A stretch of 57,565 bases of DNA. Origin: an uncultured Clostridia bacterium. Its GTDB lineage: Bacteria > Acidobacteriota > Aminicenantia > JAMOAD01. The stretch is from NCBI GenBank assembly GCA_964634755.1, contig CAZWJH010000005.1:1-57565 (forward strand), given 5' to 3'. The translations under genes were made by a program, and so were the position numbers. The notes under the pieces were generated by a model. The model did no database searches and was not told the origin of the DNA. It saw only the letters and a list, made by a program, of their open reading frames with translations. This document shows positions 9,501-17,648 of the stretch, in pieces. Numbering within the stretch: position 1 is the first letter of the stretch; every line of letters begins with the position of its first letter.

Positions 9501-9989
9501 AAAAGAAATACTTTAATAGGGCTCAAAAAAGCTGATAAGTATTTTTCTTTTTTTAAGGAATTGATATTAAAAGGTATTGATGATTCTTATTATGAAGTTA
9601 GAAGGGGAGCAATTTCTCTTTATAGAAAATTTTATGATGATATGAGTAATGAGGATGAAATAAAAGAAAAAATTCTTGAAAGATTAATGAAAAAATTTGA
9701 AAGCTTTGAAGTGAAAGCGGAGGCTATAAAAGCATCTGCTCTTTTCCTGAATGAAGATGAATTTTTTGCACTTAACAAGTATAATCTTACTTCAAGGAAT
9801 ATAAGAATCAGGGAAGCTCTTTTGGAAAGTATTGAATGCGGGCTTAATATCGGAAAATTCAAAGATAAAAATAAGGTTAAGAACTTTTTAAGACAGATGC
9901 TTATTACCACATCGGAGTTTAAACCTGAATTCAGGGTTAGGGAAAAATATATGAGAGTCGTTAAAAAATTGGAAGGGATAAAGGAATGA
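6525..9989 (+). CDS. murJ-murG: Fusion protein: lipid II flippase MurJ + MurG glycosyltransferase + C-terminal HEAT-repeat domain
   Basis: aa ~1-500 MurJ (TRLLGFVRE, YDAF, PNLFRR). aa ~510-900 MurG (GGGTGGH, GGYVSAP, EQN..PG, GGSLGA, SRAGA, DHQELNA). Helical repeats follow (YYEVRRGAISL, FEVKAEAIKA, NIRIREALLES). One continuous ORF. Confidence 0.9.
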   Translation: MKSFKSIIKSSLFISGGTLLTRLLGFVREILAATYFGSGKLYDAFIIAFSVPNLFRRVLGEEMFERAFLPPFKRLLSESKEVRAKRFLIKAFLITLLISLILLAILYIFMPPLIKLLAPGMDHQTFLLTVSLAKIIAPFLVLIAVSTFLGAILLFSGKSIIYSTAPGIMNLLVIIFMIIFHGKIGIKTMVYAYLLGALGFIIYQIPALFKIKKEIDKKIERKESVRVGKSFVEAGKVLLSSIITKSVQVVDRVVASLIGAGAISSLWYSFRIINLPFSILSLSLSRSIAPELSKMRGKKDKKGFKDIIGFGIDLNLIILFPVTLFILFFSKEIVALFYKRGMFGNTAVSETSLALFYYSLSLLPSGFIALFTRVYSSLEDNKLPLYASFWAGGINIFLDFILYRTPLKQGGIALATAIALIVQSLILFFYLSKYGIKIEYRRVLSTIGKLIFASFFYIPSLWIFKLFTSKVKSLWSMLFLLGLAFLISFSIYGIIVYGFWRKRYSKKKKVILTGGGTGGHVYPSLSIYEILKKRDFVGDVLYLGIRGRAEEVIVPRKGIRLEFITSSPFSGNKFKVLLKLFKGTLEAIIKIIKFKPHIVVATGGYVSAPVVFGAFLLKPFFKIKIIIEEQNFVPGLLNKLTSLMANVVFVNYRETSYFIWSNRCVLAGYPLRDDYYKDYNKFVIRRKLGIPENKFFILITGGSLGARSINRVTAFSMKKLMENENYHIVHSLGLASYDYYDSYEDTKEILKKELGGLFDEKKFEVKEENGFYYKGERFIHNIVDYQKAADLIISRAGAGAISEISALGKASVLIPKRGLPGDHQELNAINLVEKEAAEIIFEKIDFKSEIDYIDCGEFVKTISSLEKSKEKLSLLEKNIKQFSIKESDKIIADTVEAVFEEKEINYIFEIVEPKFVKFTRQFDSLILYLDKNIKEKGLNNLYAKLYNNKIEEYMRSENYLIVNRAVKLIGSLRREDLYPWLYENFTNFKGFLKRNTLIGLKKADKYFSFFKELILKGIDDSYYEVRRGAISLYRKFYDDMSNEDEIKEKILERLMKKFESFEVKAEAIKASALFLNEDEFFALNKYNLTSRNIRIREALLESIECGLNIGKFKDKNKVKNFLRQMLITTSEFKPEFRVREKYMRVVKKLEGIKE

Positions 9990-11092
9990 TAGAATTATTA
10001 ATTGCTCTTTTAAAAATTGCCGGAATAAATTACGGCTTTTTCAGATTAATGAACTATATAACATTCAGAGCTATAATGGCAATGGGAACAGCATTGCTCT
10101 TCAGCTTGATTTTTGGGTTTAAGTTTATTCTTTTTCTTTACAAAAAGAAGTTCAGAGACACATCAGGAGAAACTCTTTCCATAAACGCTTATTCCAAAAG
10201 GGGAACGCCAACCGCTGGAGGGACTTTAATTATTTCTTCAACTCTGTTATCTTTGGTTTTGTGGGGGGATTTTACAAATTCGTTTTTTCTTGTGCTTATA
10301 TCAGCTTTCCTTTATTTCGGATTTGTAGGGTTTTTAGATGATTTCCAGAAATCAAGATTCAAATCATCCCTTTCGGGTTTAAGCCAGCTTGGGAAAACTA
10401 TTCTTATGCTTGCATACATAGTACCCTTTTCCTTTTATTATATCTCACCTCTTTGTCCTATCTCACAAAAATTAAAAACACTTATTTATATCCCCTTTTA
10501 TAAAAATCCTGTGCTTGATTTGGGTGAAATCGGATTTGTACTTTTTATAATATTTGTAATGTTTTCCGTTATAAATTCTGTTAATATGACGGATGGTATG
10601 GATGGTCTTTTGAGTGGGGTTTCTGTTCTCACAATAGGAGTTTACATAGTTTTCGCATATATTATAGGTAATTCCCTTGCATCTTCCCACTATCTTTTTC
10701 CATATATAATGGGTGTGGAGGAGGTGACTGTATTTGGTGCGGCTTTGATAGGAGCTATTTTGGGTTTTCTCTGGTACAATAGCTATCCTGCTGAAATTTT
10801 TATGGGAGATACGGGTTCACTTGCAATTGGTAGTGTGATTGCCCTTATGCTATTTTTCACAAAACAGGAAATGCTTTTTATCATAAGCGGAGGGGTTTTT
10901 ATAGTTGAGATTTTTACATCTCTTTTACAGGAAAAGATAGGAGACAGGTTGGGCAGACGAATGATTTACAGAGCTCCGATTCATCATACCTTAACCCATG
11001 AAGGGATAGCCGAGCCAAAAGCTGTGATAAGAATCTGGATAGTTGCCATAATATTAGCAATAATTTCACTTTTGTCTTTGAAAGTCAGATGA
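9986..11092 (+). CDS. mraY: Phospho-N-acetylmuramoyl-pentapeptide transferase homolog (divergent)
   Basis: YITFRA, KRGTPTAGG, GFLDD, NSVNMTDGMDGL, FMGDTGS, APIHHT. ATGA overlap with the upstream fusion. Confidence 0.88.
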   Translation: MIELLIALLKIAGINYGFFRLMNYITFRAIMAMGTALLFSLIFGFKFILFLYKKKFRDTSGETLSINAYSKRGTPTAGGTLIISSTLLSLVLWGDFTNSFFLVLISAFLYFGFVGFLDDFQKSRFKSSLSGLSQLGKTILMLAYIVPFSFYYISPLCPISQKLKTLIYIPFYKNPVLDLGEIGFVLFIIFVMFSVINSVNMTDGMDGLLSGVSVLTIGVYIVFAYIIGNSLASSHYLFPYIMGVEEVTVFGAALIGAILGFLWYNSYPAEIFMGDTGSLAIGSVIALMLFFTKQEMLFIISGGVFIVEIFTSLLQEKIGDRLGRRMIYRAPIHHTLTHEGIAEPKAVIRIWIVAIILAIISLLSLKVR

Positions 11093-11234
11093 TTAGAAGA
11101 TAGTATAAAATTTAGGCTCTTCAGAATTCTTTGAGATTAGCTATGCAATGAGTATATTTTCGTTTTTCATCAAAAAAAGATATAGATGTTTTTTATTCAG
11201 AATAATAATCTTTTAAAAAAGTTGATAAAACCTT

Positions 11235-11317
11235 TTGACAAGAGGGGGAAAATGCATTATATTTATATATTATATAATTAAATAATTATTTAATAATAAA
11301 ATTATTTAATTATATAA
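11235..11317 (+). promoter_or_regulatory. sigma70 promoter followed by an 18-bp perfect inverted repeat (putative ArsR operator)
   Basis: TTGACA (11235-11240), 17 nt, TATATT (11258-11263). IR arms 11270-11287 and 11300-11317. Confidence 0.65.
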
Positions 11318-11360
11318 AACTATTTAATAAGTTAATGAAATTATAAAAGGAGGTGCTCAA

Positions 11361-11696
11361 ATGTGGGCAATTTGGATTAATTTTATTTTAGGTATTTGGC
11401 TGGTTGTTGCAGCTTTTATCCCTTCCATTACAACATCAAAAAGTACAAGTTTGTGGAATGGTCTAATTGTTGGAGTGGTTGTAGCAATCCTTGCTTATTT
11501 AGCAACAGCAAAGAAAAAGGGAATTTGCTGGATAAATGTCATAGCTGGAATCTGGCTTATTATTTCTGCCTTTATTCCATCTATTGTAGGAACAAAAAGT
11601 GGTAATCACTGGAATGATTTAATTGTTGGTGTAATCGTTCTAATAATCGCTCTTATTGCTGCTCTACAAAAAGGTTCTAATGTGGTAGAATCTTAA
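11361..11696 (+). CDS. SPW-repeat small membrane protein
   Basis: Two internal repeats WINFILGIWLVVAAFIP / WINVIAGIWLIISAFIP, each followed by WNxLIVGV; strong SD AGGAGG. Confidence 0.75.
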   Translation: MWAIWINFILGIWLVVAAFIPSITTSKSTSLWNGLIVGVVVAILAYLATAKKKGICWINVIAGIWLIISAFIPSIVGTKSGNHWNDLIVGVIVLIIALIAALQKGSNVVES

Positions 11697-11708
11697 AATC
11701 TAATATTC

Positions 11709-11743
11709 GAAATTGGAGAGGGAGAGCCTCCCTCTCCAATTTC
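11709..11743 (+). other. 15-bp intergenic stem-loop
   Basis: gaaattggagaggga-gagcc-tccctctccaatttc between the SPW gene and arsR; no U-tract. Confidence 0.6.
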
Positions 11744-11750
11744 AATAGGA

Positions 11751-12146
11751 ATGAAGATGGAAAGGGAGATAAGGTCTTTCGTAAGAATTTATAAAAGCTT
11801 AGGGGATCCTATAAGATTAAAGATATTAAAGGTTATAGCAAAAGAAGGTATATCTGTATCTAAAATAGCTGAAAGAATTGGAATAACAAGCCCTTTGGCA
11901 TCACATCATTTGAAAATACTCGAAAGAGAACATCTCGCTGATAGGAAAAAAGATGGAGTGAAAGTAAAATATCAACTTAACAAAGAGGGACTTGATAAAT
12001 TAATAATAGATTTTTATAGGTTTTTAGGGATTGAGCCGGAGATTGAAAACATCCCTAAATTTCTTAAAACAATCCAAGATGTAGGTACTTTTTTAACCGA
12101 GAAACCTACTTTTAAAAACCTTAAAGATAAATCTAAGAACAAATAA
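11751..12146 (+). CDS. ArsR/SmtB-family transcriptional regulator (Cys-free)
   Basis: KSLGDPIRLKIL, LASHHLKIL..., RKKDGVKVKYQLN winged HTH. Confidence 0.85.
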   Translation: MKMEREIRSFVRIYKSLGDPIRLKILKVIAKEGISVSKIAERIGITSPLASHHLKILEREHLADRKKDGVKVKYQLNKEGLDKLIIDFYRFLGIEPEIENIPKFLKTIQDVGTFLTEKPTFKNLKDKSKNK

Positions 12147-12609
12147 CATATAGCCTATTAAAACCTTACTCCTTTAATAATAGAAGTAAATAATAATCTC
12201 ATATAATCTTATATTTTTTGTATGTGTATTATAGAAATATTTCAAATTTAAAATTTTAAAAGAGGAATATAGTGAATTTACAAGTTGAAAAATATAAAGT
12301 CATAGCTTGTTTTATTTATTTAGGAAGACTCTTTTTTATTCGGAACAAGTTTGAAAAGCTATTTGTTTGCAAGCCTCGTAAAATATTAGTCATTAACATC
12401 GCAGTGTTTAAGGTTTTTAATTTCATAAGGGTTACATTACAGATAGACAAATCTGTAATTCATAAAATTAAAAACATCAAAGCAACCGAATCTCTATTTC
12501 AAAGAACATTAAGTTCTGAAACATAGGCAAAAGAGTGTATTCTTTTAGATAGAAACAATTGAAGAAAAGCGAGACCCCAAGTACTACTAATAATAAGATG
12601 GAGGAAATG

Positions 12610-13161
12610 ATGAGAAAGAATATTAAATTAGGTTTTTGTCCTACAATGGCACATTATGCTGAAATAATAGAAAAGGAGGTTAAAGGGATAGAGATCATTA
12701 CTTATCCCGGTGCTGCAATTGTTATGAGAGCTCTTTTAAACAAGATGATTGATGTGGCACTTATAGGAAGAGAGGCTTACTCTGATGAAATTAATGCTAA
12801 TATTTTAAAAAGAAGGCTTAAAAACGGATACACCTTGGTTTATCGTGAGAAGGTTGCAATTCCGGAAGAAAAATTAAATGAAGTTCCCGTTAAAACTTAT
12901 CTTTATAAAGAGATTGTCGAAAAAATATTGCCAAATCCTGATAATTTAATATACTGTGAAACTCTTGAGGGGTGTGATAATCAGGAAAATGATCTCCCTC
13001 TATTAATAGATTGGAAGGATTTTTCAGATAAGTATGAGCTTTTAATTCCTATAAATTCAAACGGTGAAAAAACTCCTGCTTTTAGAGCTCCTGTTATTTA
13101 TTATAACAAAAAGGTCTCTGAAGAAATAATAGGAAAAATATCATCTATTATTAAAGATTAA
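12610..13161 (+). CDS. Hypothetical protein (possible periplasmic-binding-protein-like fold; GFCPTM motif)
   Basis: Clean ORF with GGAGG SD before ATG 12610; AAIVMRALLNKMIDVALIGR resembles a type 2 PBP segment. Confidence 0.55.
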   Translation: MRKNIKLGFCPTMAHYAEIIEKEVKGIEIITYPGAAIVMRALLNKMIDVALIGREAYSDEINANILKRRLKNGYTLVYREKVAIPEEKLNEVPVKTYLYKEIVEKILPNPDNLIYCETLEGCDNQENDLPLLIDWKDFSDKYELLIPINSNGEKTPAFRAPVIYYNKKVSEEIIGKISSIIKD

Positions 13162-13312
13162 ACTTATTTTAAATTTTTTGTTTAGATATTATTTCATACT
13201 TTCTAACACTTACACAAATTCAATCTCAATATTAAAGATTTGAACATTAGTTAAGTAAGTTATTTTGGCTTTCTACTTTTAGCCTTTTCTTTTTAAGTTT
13301 CTTATCTTTTTT

Positions 13313-13345
13313 GGGCATCCCTTAAGAAGGATGTCCATGTTTTTT
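13313..13345 (+). terminator. Intrinsic terminator
   Basis: gggcatcc-cttaagaa-ggatgtcc stem followed by atgtttttt. Confidence 0.5.
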
Positions 13346-13976
13346 AACTTTCAGATGTGATAACACAATTGTTTTCTATCAAAGTTTCTTTAACTAATTC
13401 TTTGCATTCTGAGACATCTTCATACTGGGTTGAAAGGAGAGTGAATTTTAAAACAGAAGGGGCTTTTTCGTTCATACAAGCTTTAACAGAGGGGGTATCA
13501 ATATTCATGTTTACGATATCACAGGGTTTGTCTTTTAGCTTTTTGAGGATCTTTATCATTACTTCTTTTTCTAAAAAATGACCGGTTGCTTCAAAATCAA
13601 CCGAGGTTTTATTTTTTGAAATTAATGTTTCTGCTAACGCTCTTGCTTTTGCAAGCTCAATCTGACTCATTTTTGGCTGTACTTTTTTTCTTATGATTTT
13701 TAGAACTTTTTTCTCTTTCTCAATTTTTTTTATTAATGATGGGTCCGGAAAATTAATCGCATCAACCGGACAAATTGTTGCACAGGTTGAACACCCTACA
13801 AGACAGTTGTAAGGATTATCTACAGCGGGCTTTCCTTTTTCTTTATCAAGACCGAACACCATTCTGCCGCAAGATACAAAACAAAGGTTGCATCCTATAC
13901 ATTTGTCATAATTTATCTTAGGAAACCACGGAATCTCCTTTCTGTTGATTCCATGCCATTTATCAAATTTTCCCAT
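13344..13976 (-). CDS. 2x[4Fe-4S] ferredoxin-domain protein with C-terminal extension
   Basis: CIGCNLCFVSC and CLVGCSTCATICP cluster motifs; SD GGAGG. Confidence 0.85.
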   Translation of the reverse strand: MGKFDKWHGINRKEIPWFPKINYDKCIGCNLCFVSCGRMVFGLDKEKGKPAVDNPYNCLVGCSTCATICPVDAINFPDPSLIKKIEKEKKVLKIIRKKVQPKMSQIELAKARALAETLISKNKTSVDFEATGHFLEKEVMIKILKKLKDKPCDIVNMNIDTPSVKACMNEKAPSVLKFTLLSTQYEDVSECKELVKETLIENNCVITSES

Positions 13977-14105
13977 TTTAAACCTCCTGCAAAAATTTAT
14001 TTATTAAATTTATTATAAAGGGGATACAATATTTGAAAATCCATGTTACAAGAAGAATAAAATCAACTTCCGACCCACCAACAATAGCAATGATTTCTTC
14101 TTTTT

Positions 14106-14465
14106 CTATTTATCATTTTTACAAATTATATTGGTTTTTTTTGTTTTAAAAGATTTAAGTTTTTCATAATCTGTTTTTATTTGCTCAAAATCTTTCAGTC
14201 TTCCTTTTAGAAAATTAGCCAATCCTTCATTAAGATTGTCGCTAAGAAAGTAACTTACATATTTACCCTCCCTTTTTTGTTTGAGAAAGCTGGCATCAAG
14301 TAAAATATTTAAATTTCTTGAAATTCTCGTTTGTGACATATTAAGAATACTCTCAATTTCACATGGATAAAGTTTATCTGTATAAAAGAACAGGTTTAAT
14401 ATTCTTAGTCTCCCCATCTCAGAAAGTGCTTTAAAAATTTTTTCCAATTCTCTCATTCTCTTCAC
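14106..14465 (-). CDS. ArsR/SmtB-family transcriptional regulator
   Basis: IFKALSEMGRLRIL, LYPCEI, SQTRISRNLNIL, REGKYVSYFL. Start may be ATG 14456. Confidence 0.88.
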   Translation of the reverse strand: MKRMRELEKIFKALSEMGRLRILNLFFYTDKLYPCEIESILNMSQTRISRNLNILLDASFLKQKREGKYVSYFLSDNLNEGLANFLKGRLKDFEQIKTDYEKLKSFKTKKTNIICKNDK

Positions 14466-14479
14466 CTTCTTATATATCT

Positions 14480-14517
14480 ATATATTTAAATATATCAAAT
14501 TGTTATAATTTTGTCAA
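14480..14517 (-). promoter_or_regulatory. sigma70 promoter with a palindromic operator over the -10
   Basis: TTGACA (14517-14512), 17 nt, TATATT (14494-14489); perfect 16-bp palindrome atatatttaaatatat at 14480-14495. Confidence 0.6.
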
Positions 14518-14665
14518 TTACCTTTTATTCGAGTTTTTGGGCGAAAAAAAGCTTTTTTGCTTTTATTCAGCATTCATGATACAATCTTTAATATTTAAAT
14601 TCTGATATAAAGGTTTTGAGGAAGTAAAATCACTTTTTTGGACAATGATATCAAAAAGGAAAGAA

Positions 14666-16246
14666 ATGGAAAAATTCAAAAATCTGGGGCTATCACCAAA
14701 TACGATAGAATCTTTAAGAAGGAAAGGGTATGAGGAGCCCACTCCTATACAGGAGAAAATAATCCCTCTTTTGCTGAAACAGGAAAAGGATGTTATAGGA
14801 CAGGCACAGACAGGAACAGGGAAAACCGCTGCATTCGGGCTTCCGCTTATTGAAAAAATATCCTGTAAAAACAAAAATGTTCAGGCTTTAATTTTGACTC
14901 CAACAAGGGAGCTTGCGATTCAGGTTGCAGAGGAAATTAATTTTTTAAAGAATAGAAAAAGATTAAGCATTGCACCTATTTACGGGGGACAGTCAATTGA
15001 GCTTCAGCTTAGAAAGCTTAAGAAAGGCGTTCAAATAGTTGTTGGAACACCAGGAAGAATTATGGATCATCTTCAAAGGGGCACTTTAAGAATAGATAAT
15101 CTCTCTTACTTTATTTTGGATGAAGCCGATGAGATGCTTAATATGGGTTTTTTGGAGGATATAGAGGAGATTCTAAGTCATACGAATGATGATAAAAGAA
15201 TCTGGCTATTTTCCGCTACAATGCCGGATAAGATTTTAAATATTGTAAAAAAGTACATGAGGAATTATGAGTTTGTGAAAGTTTCAAAAGAGCATCTTGC
15301 AACTGATCTTACGGATCAAATCTATTTTGAAGTTAATGAATCAGATAAGTTTGAGGCTCTCTGCAGGATTATTGATGTTGAGCCTGAGTTTTACGGGCTC
15401 GTGTTTTGCAGAACCAAAGTTAAAGTAGAAGAAGTTGCCAACAGGTTAATTGACAGAGGTTATGAAGCTGAGGCTCTTCACGGAGATATCTCTCAGCATC
15501 ATAGAGAAAGAATTTTGAACAAATTTAAAAAGAATCGAATAAATATCTTAGTAGCTACGGATGTTGCCGCAAGGGGGCTTGATATTAGCAATCTTACTCA
15601 TGTTATCAATTATTCTTTACCTGAAGATCCTAACTTTTATGTTCACAGAATAGGGAGAACAGGAAGAGCCGGAAAAGAGGGGACCGCAATTACTTTTGTA
15701 ACGCCTTCTGAGTACAGAAGGCTTGTTTATATTAAAAAAGTTTCAAAATCAAAAATAAGGAAAGAAAAGCTTCCTGAAGTTTCGGAAATAATAAATGCAA
15801 AAATCGAAAGATTAAAATCAGAGCTTACTTCAATAATAGATGAAGGAGAGCATAAAAAATATTTGGAGATTGCTGAAACTCTTTTAAGCGAGGGCGAACC
15901 TAAAAATTTAATAGCTTCTCTTCTTAAGTATTCCTTTAACGGGGAATTTGATGAAAAAAGCTATGGAAAAATCGGCAAGGTTTCAATAAACAAACACGGC
16001 AAAACAAGGCTTTTTATTGCTAAAGGAAAATCTTCGGATTTTGATGAAAAAAAATTGGTTGAATTTATTATGAAAAAGACGGGGCTTGAAAGTTTAAATA
16101 TAAGAGACATAAAAGTTTTTGACAATTTTTCATTTTTAACAGTTCCATTTGAAGAGGCGGAGGTCATATTGAGATACTTTTCAAAACACAAAAGGGGGAG
16201 AAGACCTCTTGTTGATAAGGCAAAGGGGAGGAAAAGAAATAATTAA
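14666..16246 (+). CDS. DEAD-box RNA helicase (DeaD/CshA-like) with DbpA RNA-binding domain
   Basis: PTPIQ, AQTGTGKT, PTRELA, DEAD, SAT, HRIGRTGRAG; C-terminal RLFI..G. Confidence 0.95.
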   Translation: MEKFKNLGLSPNTIESLRRKGYEEPTPIQEKIIPLLLKQEKDVIGQAQTGTGKTAAFGLPLIEKISCKNKNVQALILTPTRELAIQVAEEINFLKNRKRLSIAPIYGGQSIELQLRKLKKGVQIVVGTPGRIMDHLQRGTLRIDNLSYFILDEADEMLNMGFLEDIEEILSHTNDDKRIWLFSATMPDKILNIVKKYMRNYEFVKVSKEHLATDLTDQIYFEVNESDKFEALCRIIDVEPEFYGLVFCRTKVKVEEVANRLIDRGYEAEALHGDISQHHRERILNKFKKNRINILVATDVAARGLDISNLTHVINYSLPEDPNFYVHRIGRTGRAGKEGTAITFVTPSEYRRLVYIKKVSKSKIRKEKLPEVSEIINAKIERLKSELTSIIDEGEHKKYLEIAETLLSEGEPKNLIASLLKYSFNGEFDEKSYGKIGKVSINKHGKTRLFIAKGKSSDFDEKKLVEFIMKKTGLESLNIRDIKVFDNFSFLTVPFEEAEVILRYFSKHKRGRRPLVDKAKGRKRNN

Positions 16247-16247
16247 T

Positions 16248-16619
16248 TTATGATGCTATACCCTTTCCGAAAGGTAAAAGGGCAAGCTTTGCCATTTTAA
16301 AATGTTGTATTCCAAAGGGAATTCCTATAATTGTAATTGAAAAGAGCACTCCCCAGAAAAGATGGTGAAGTGCAAGCCATATTCCTCCCAACAGAATCCA
16401 TATAATATTCATAAGAAAAGATAAACAGCCTGAGCCTGAATCAATATTTATCACTTCCTTTCCGAATGGCCAGAGTGCAAGGTGGGCCATTTTAAGAATC
16501 TGTATTCCGAAAGGAATTCCTATGATTGTAAGACACATAAGAATCCCTGCTATAAGGTAATGCAAAAATAAAAAAACACCTCCGAATACAAACCAGATAA
16601 TATTCCCAAATGTTTTCAT
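16248..16619 (-). CDS. yccF: YccF-domain inner membrane protein
   Basis: GNIIWFVFGG and a duplicated TIIGIPFG..xLPFG repeat. Confidence 0.88.
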   Translation of the reverse strand: MKTFGNIIWFVFGGVFLFLHYLIAGILMCLTIIGIPFGIQILKMAHLALWPFGKEVINIDSGSGCLSFLMNIIWILLGGIWLALHHLFWGVLFSITIIGIPFGIQHFKMAKLALLPFGKGIAS

Positions 16620-16674
16620 CTTCTCTCCTTTGTTAATATATATGATAATAACGATTCTTATTCAAAAATGTTCT

Positions 16675-17571
16675 TTAAAGTTTTTTGAAAAAAGAAAGAA
16701 ATTCTTTTGGAATAGGAGTTTTTACACAGAAAAAGTGCTTTTTTACCGGGTGAAAGAATACTATTTTTCTTGAATGAAGAGCGAGCCTCGGAAAGTATTT
16801 TTTTGCGCTTCCGTAGAGAGGGTCCCCTATTATAGGTTTTCCCGATTCCGAAAAGTGAACCCTTATTTGATGGGTTCTTCCGGTTTTAGGAAATGCCTCA
16901 ACTAAAGCAAACCCCTTTTTCTGGATTCTTACTTTATAATAAGTAAGGGCATCTCTTGGCTTTTGTGTTTTTGATGATATCTTTTTTCTGTTTTTTATGC
17001 TTCTTCCTATGGGAAATTCTATTTTTCCGGCTCTTTTGTCAAAACTGCCCTTTACAATTAAAACATAGCTTTTCTCAATTATTCTTTCTGCAAACTGTTT
17101 TTGAAGCTCAAGGTAGACTTTATTTGTTTTTGCAATAAGTATAAGCCCTGAAGTATCCTTATCAAGCCTGTGTACAATTCCCGGTCTTTTTTCACTTCCT
17201 ACCTCGGAAATTTCTGGTCTTAAAGAAAGAAGTGCATTTACGAGGGTGTTTTCATAATTTCCCGCTCCCGGATGCACAACCACACCACTTTTTTTGTTCA
17301 CTATCATTATATGCTCATCTTCGTAAACTATTTTCAGTGGGATATCCTGAGGTATTATCTCTGTTTCAGGTTTATCCTCTATTATTATCTCTATTTTGTC
17401 CCCCTCTTTTACTTTATAGCTTGGCTTTTTTATTCTTTCCCCATTTACTTTAAGATTTCCGCTTAATATATTTTTTTTTATCTCTGACCTACTTATTCCA
17501 TCAAGCGAAGAGCTTAGAACACTATCAACTCTTTTTTCTTTTCCGTTAACCAATATCTTCTTTTTCAGCAT
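16675..17571 (-). CDS. rluD: RluA/RluD-family pseudouridine synthase with S4 domain
   Basis: N-terminal S4, VNKKSGVVVHPG, HRLDKDTSG, TGRTHQIRVH, GDPLYG, LALHS. ATG 17571 preferred. Confidence 0.88.
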   Translation of the reverse strand: MLKKKILVNGKEKRVDSVLSSSLDGISRSEIKKNILSGNLKVNGERIKKPSYKVKEGDKIEIIIEDKPETEIIPQDIPLKIVYEDEHIMIVNKKSGVVVHPGAGNYENTLVNALLSLRPEISEVGSEKRPGIVHRLDKDTSGLILIAKTNKVYLELQKQFAERIIEKSYVLIVKGSFDKRAGKIEFPIGRSIKNRKKISSKTQKPRDALTYYKVRIQKKGFALVEAFPKTGRTHQIRVHFSESGKPIIGDPLYGSAKKYFPRLALHSRKIVFFHPVKKHFFCVKTPIPKEFLSFFKKL

Positions 17572-17648
17572 AAAAGATTTTATTATCAAATAAGGTTATT
17601 TTCAAGGTGGTGAATATATATTATAATTTCCTGTTAAAAAGTGTTACG

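Noticed and set aside
12272-12526. 84-aa ORF with a possible SD
   Set aside because: No recognisable motif in any frame; may be decayed sequence and cannot be supported as a gene.
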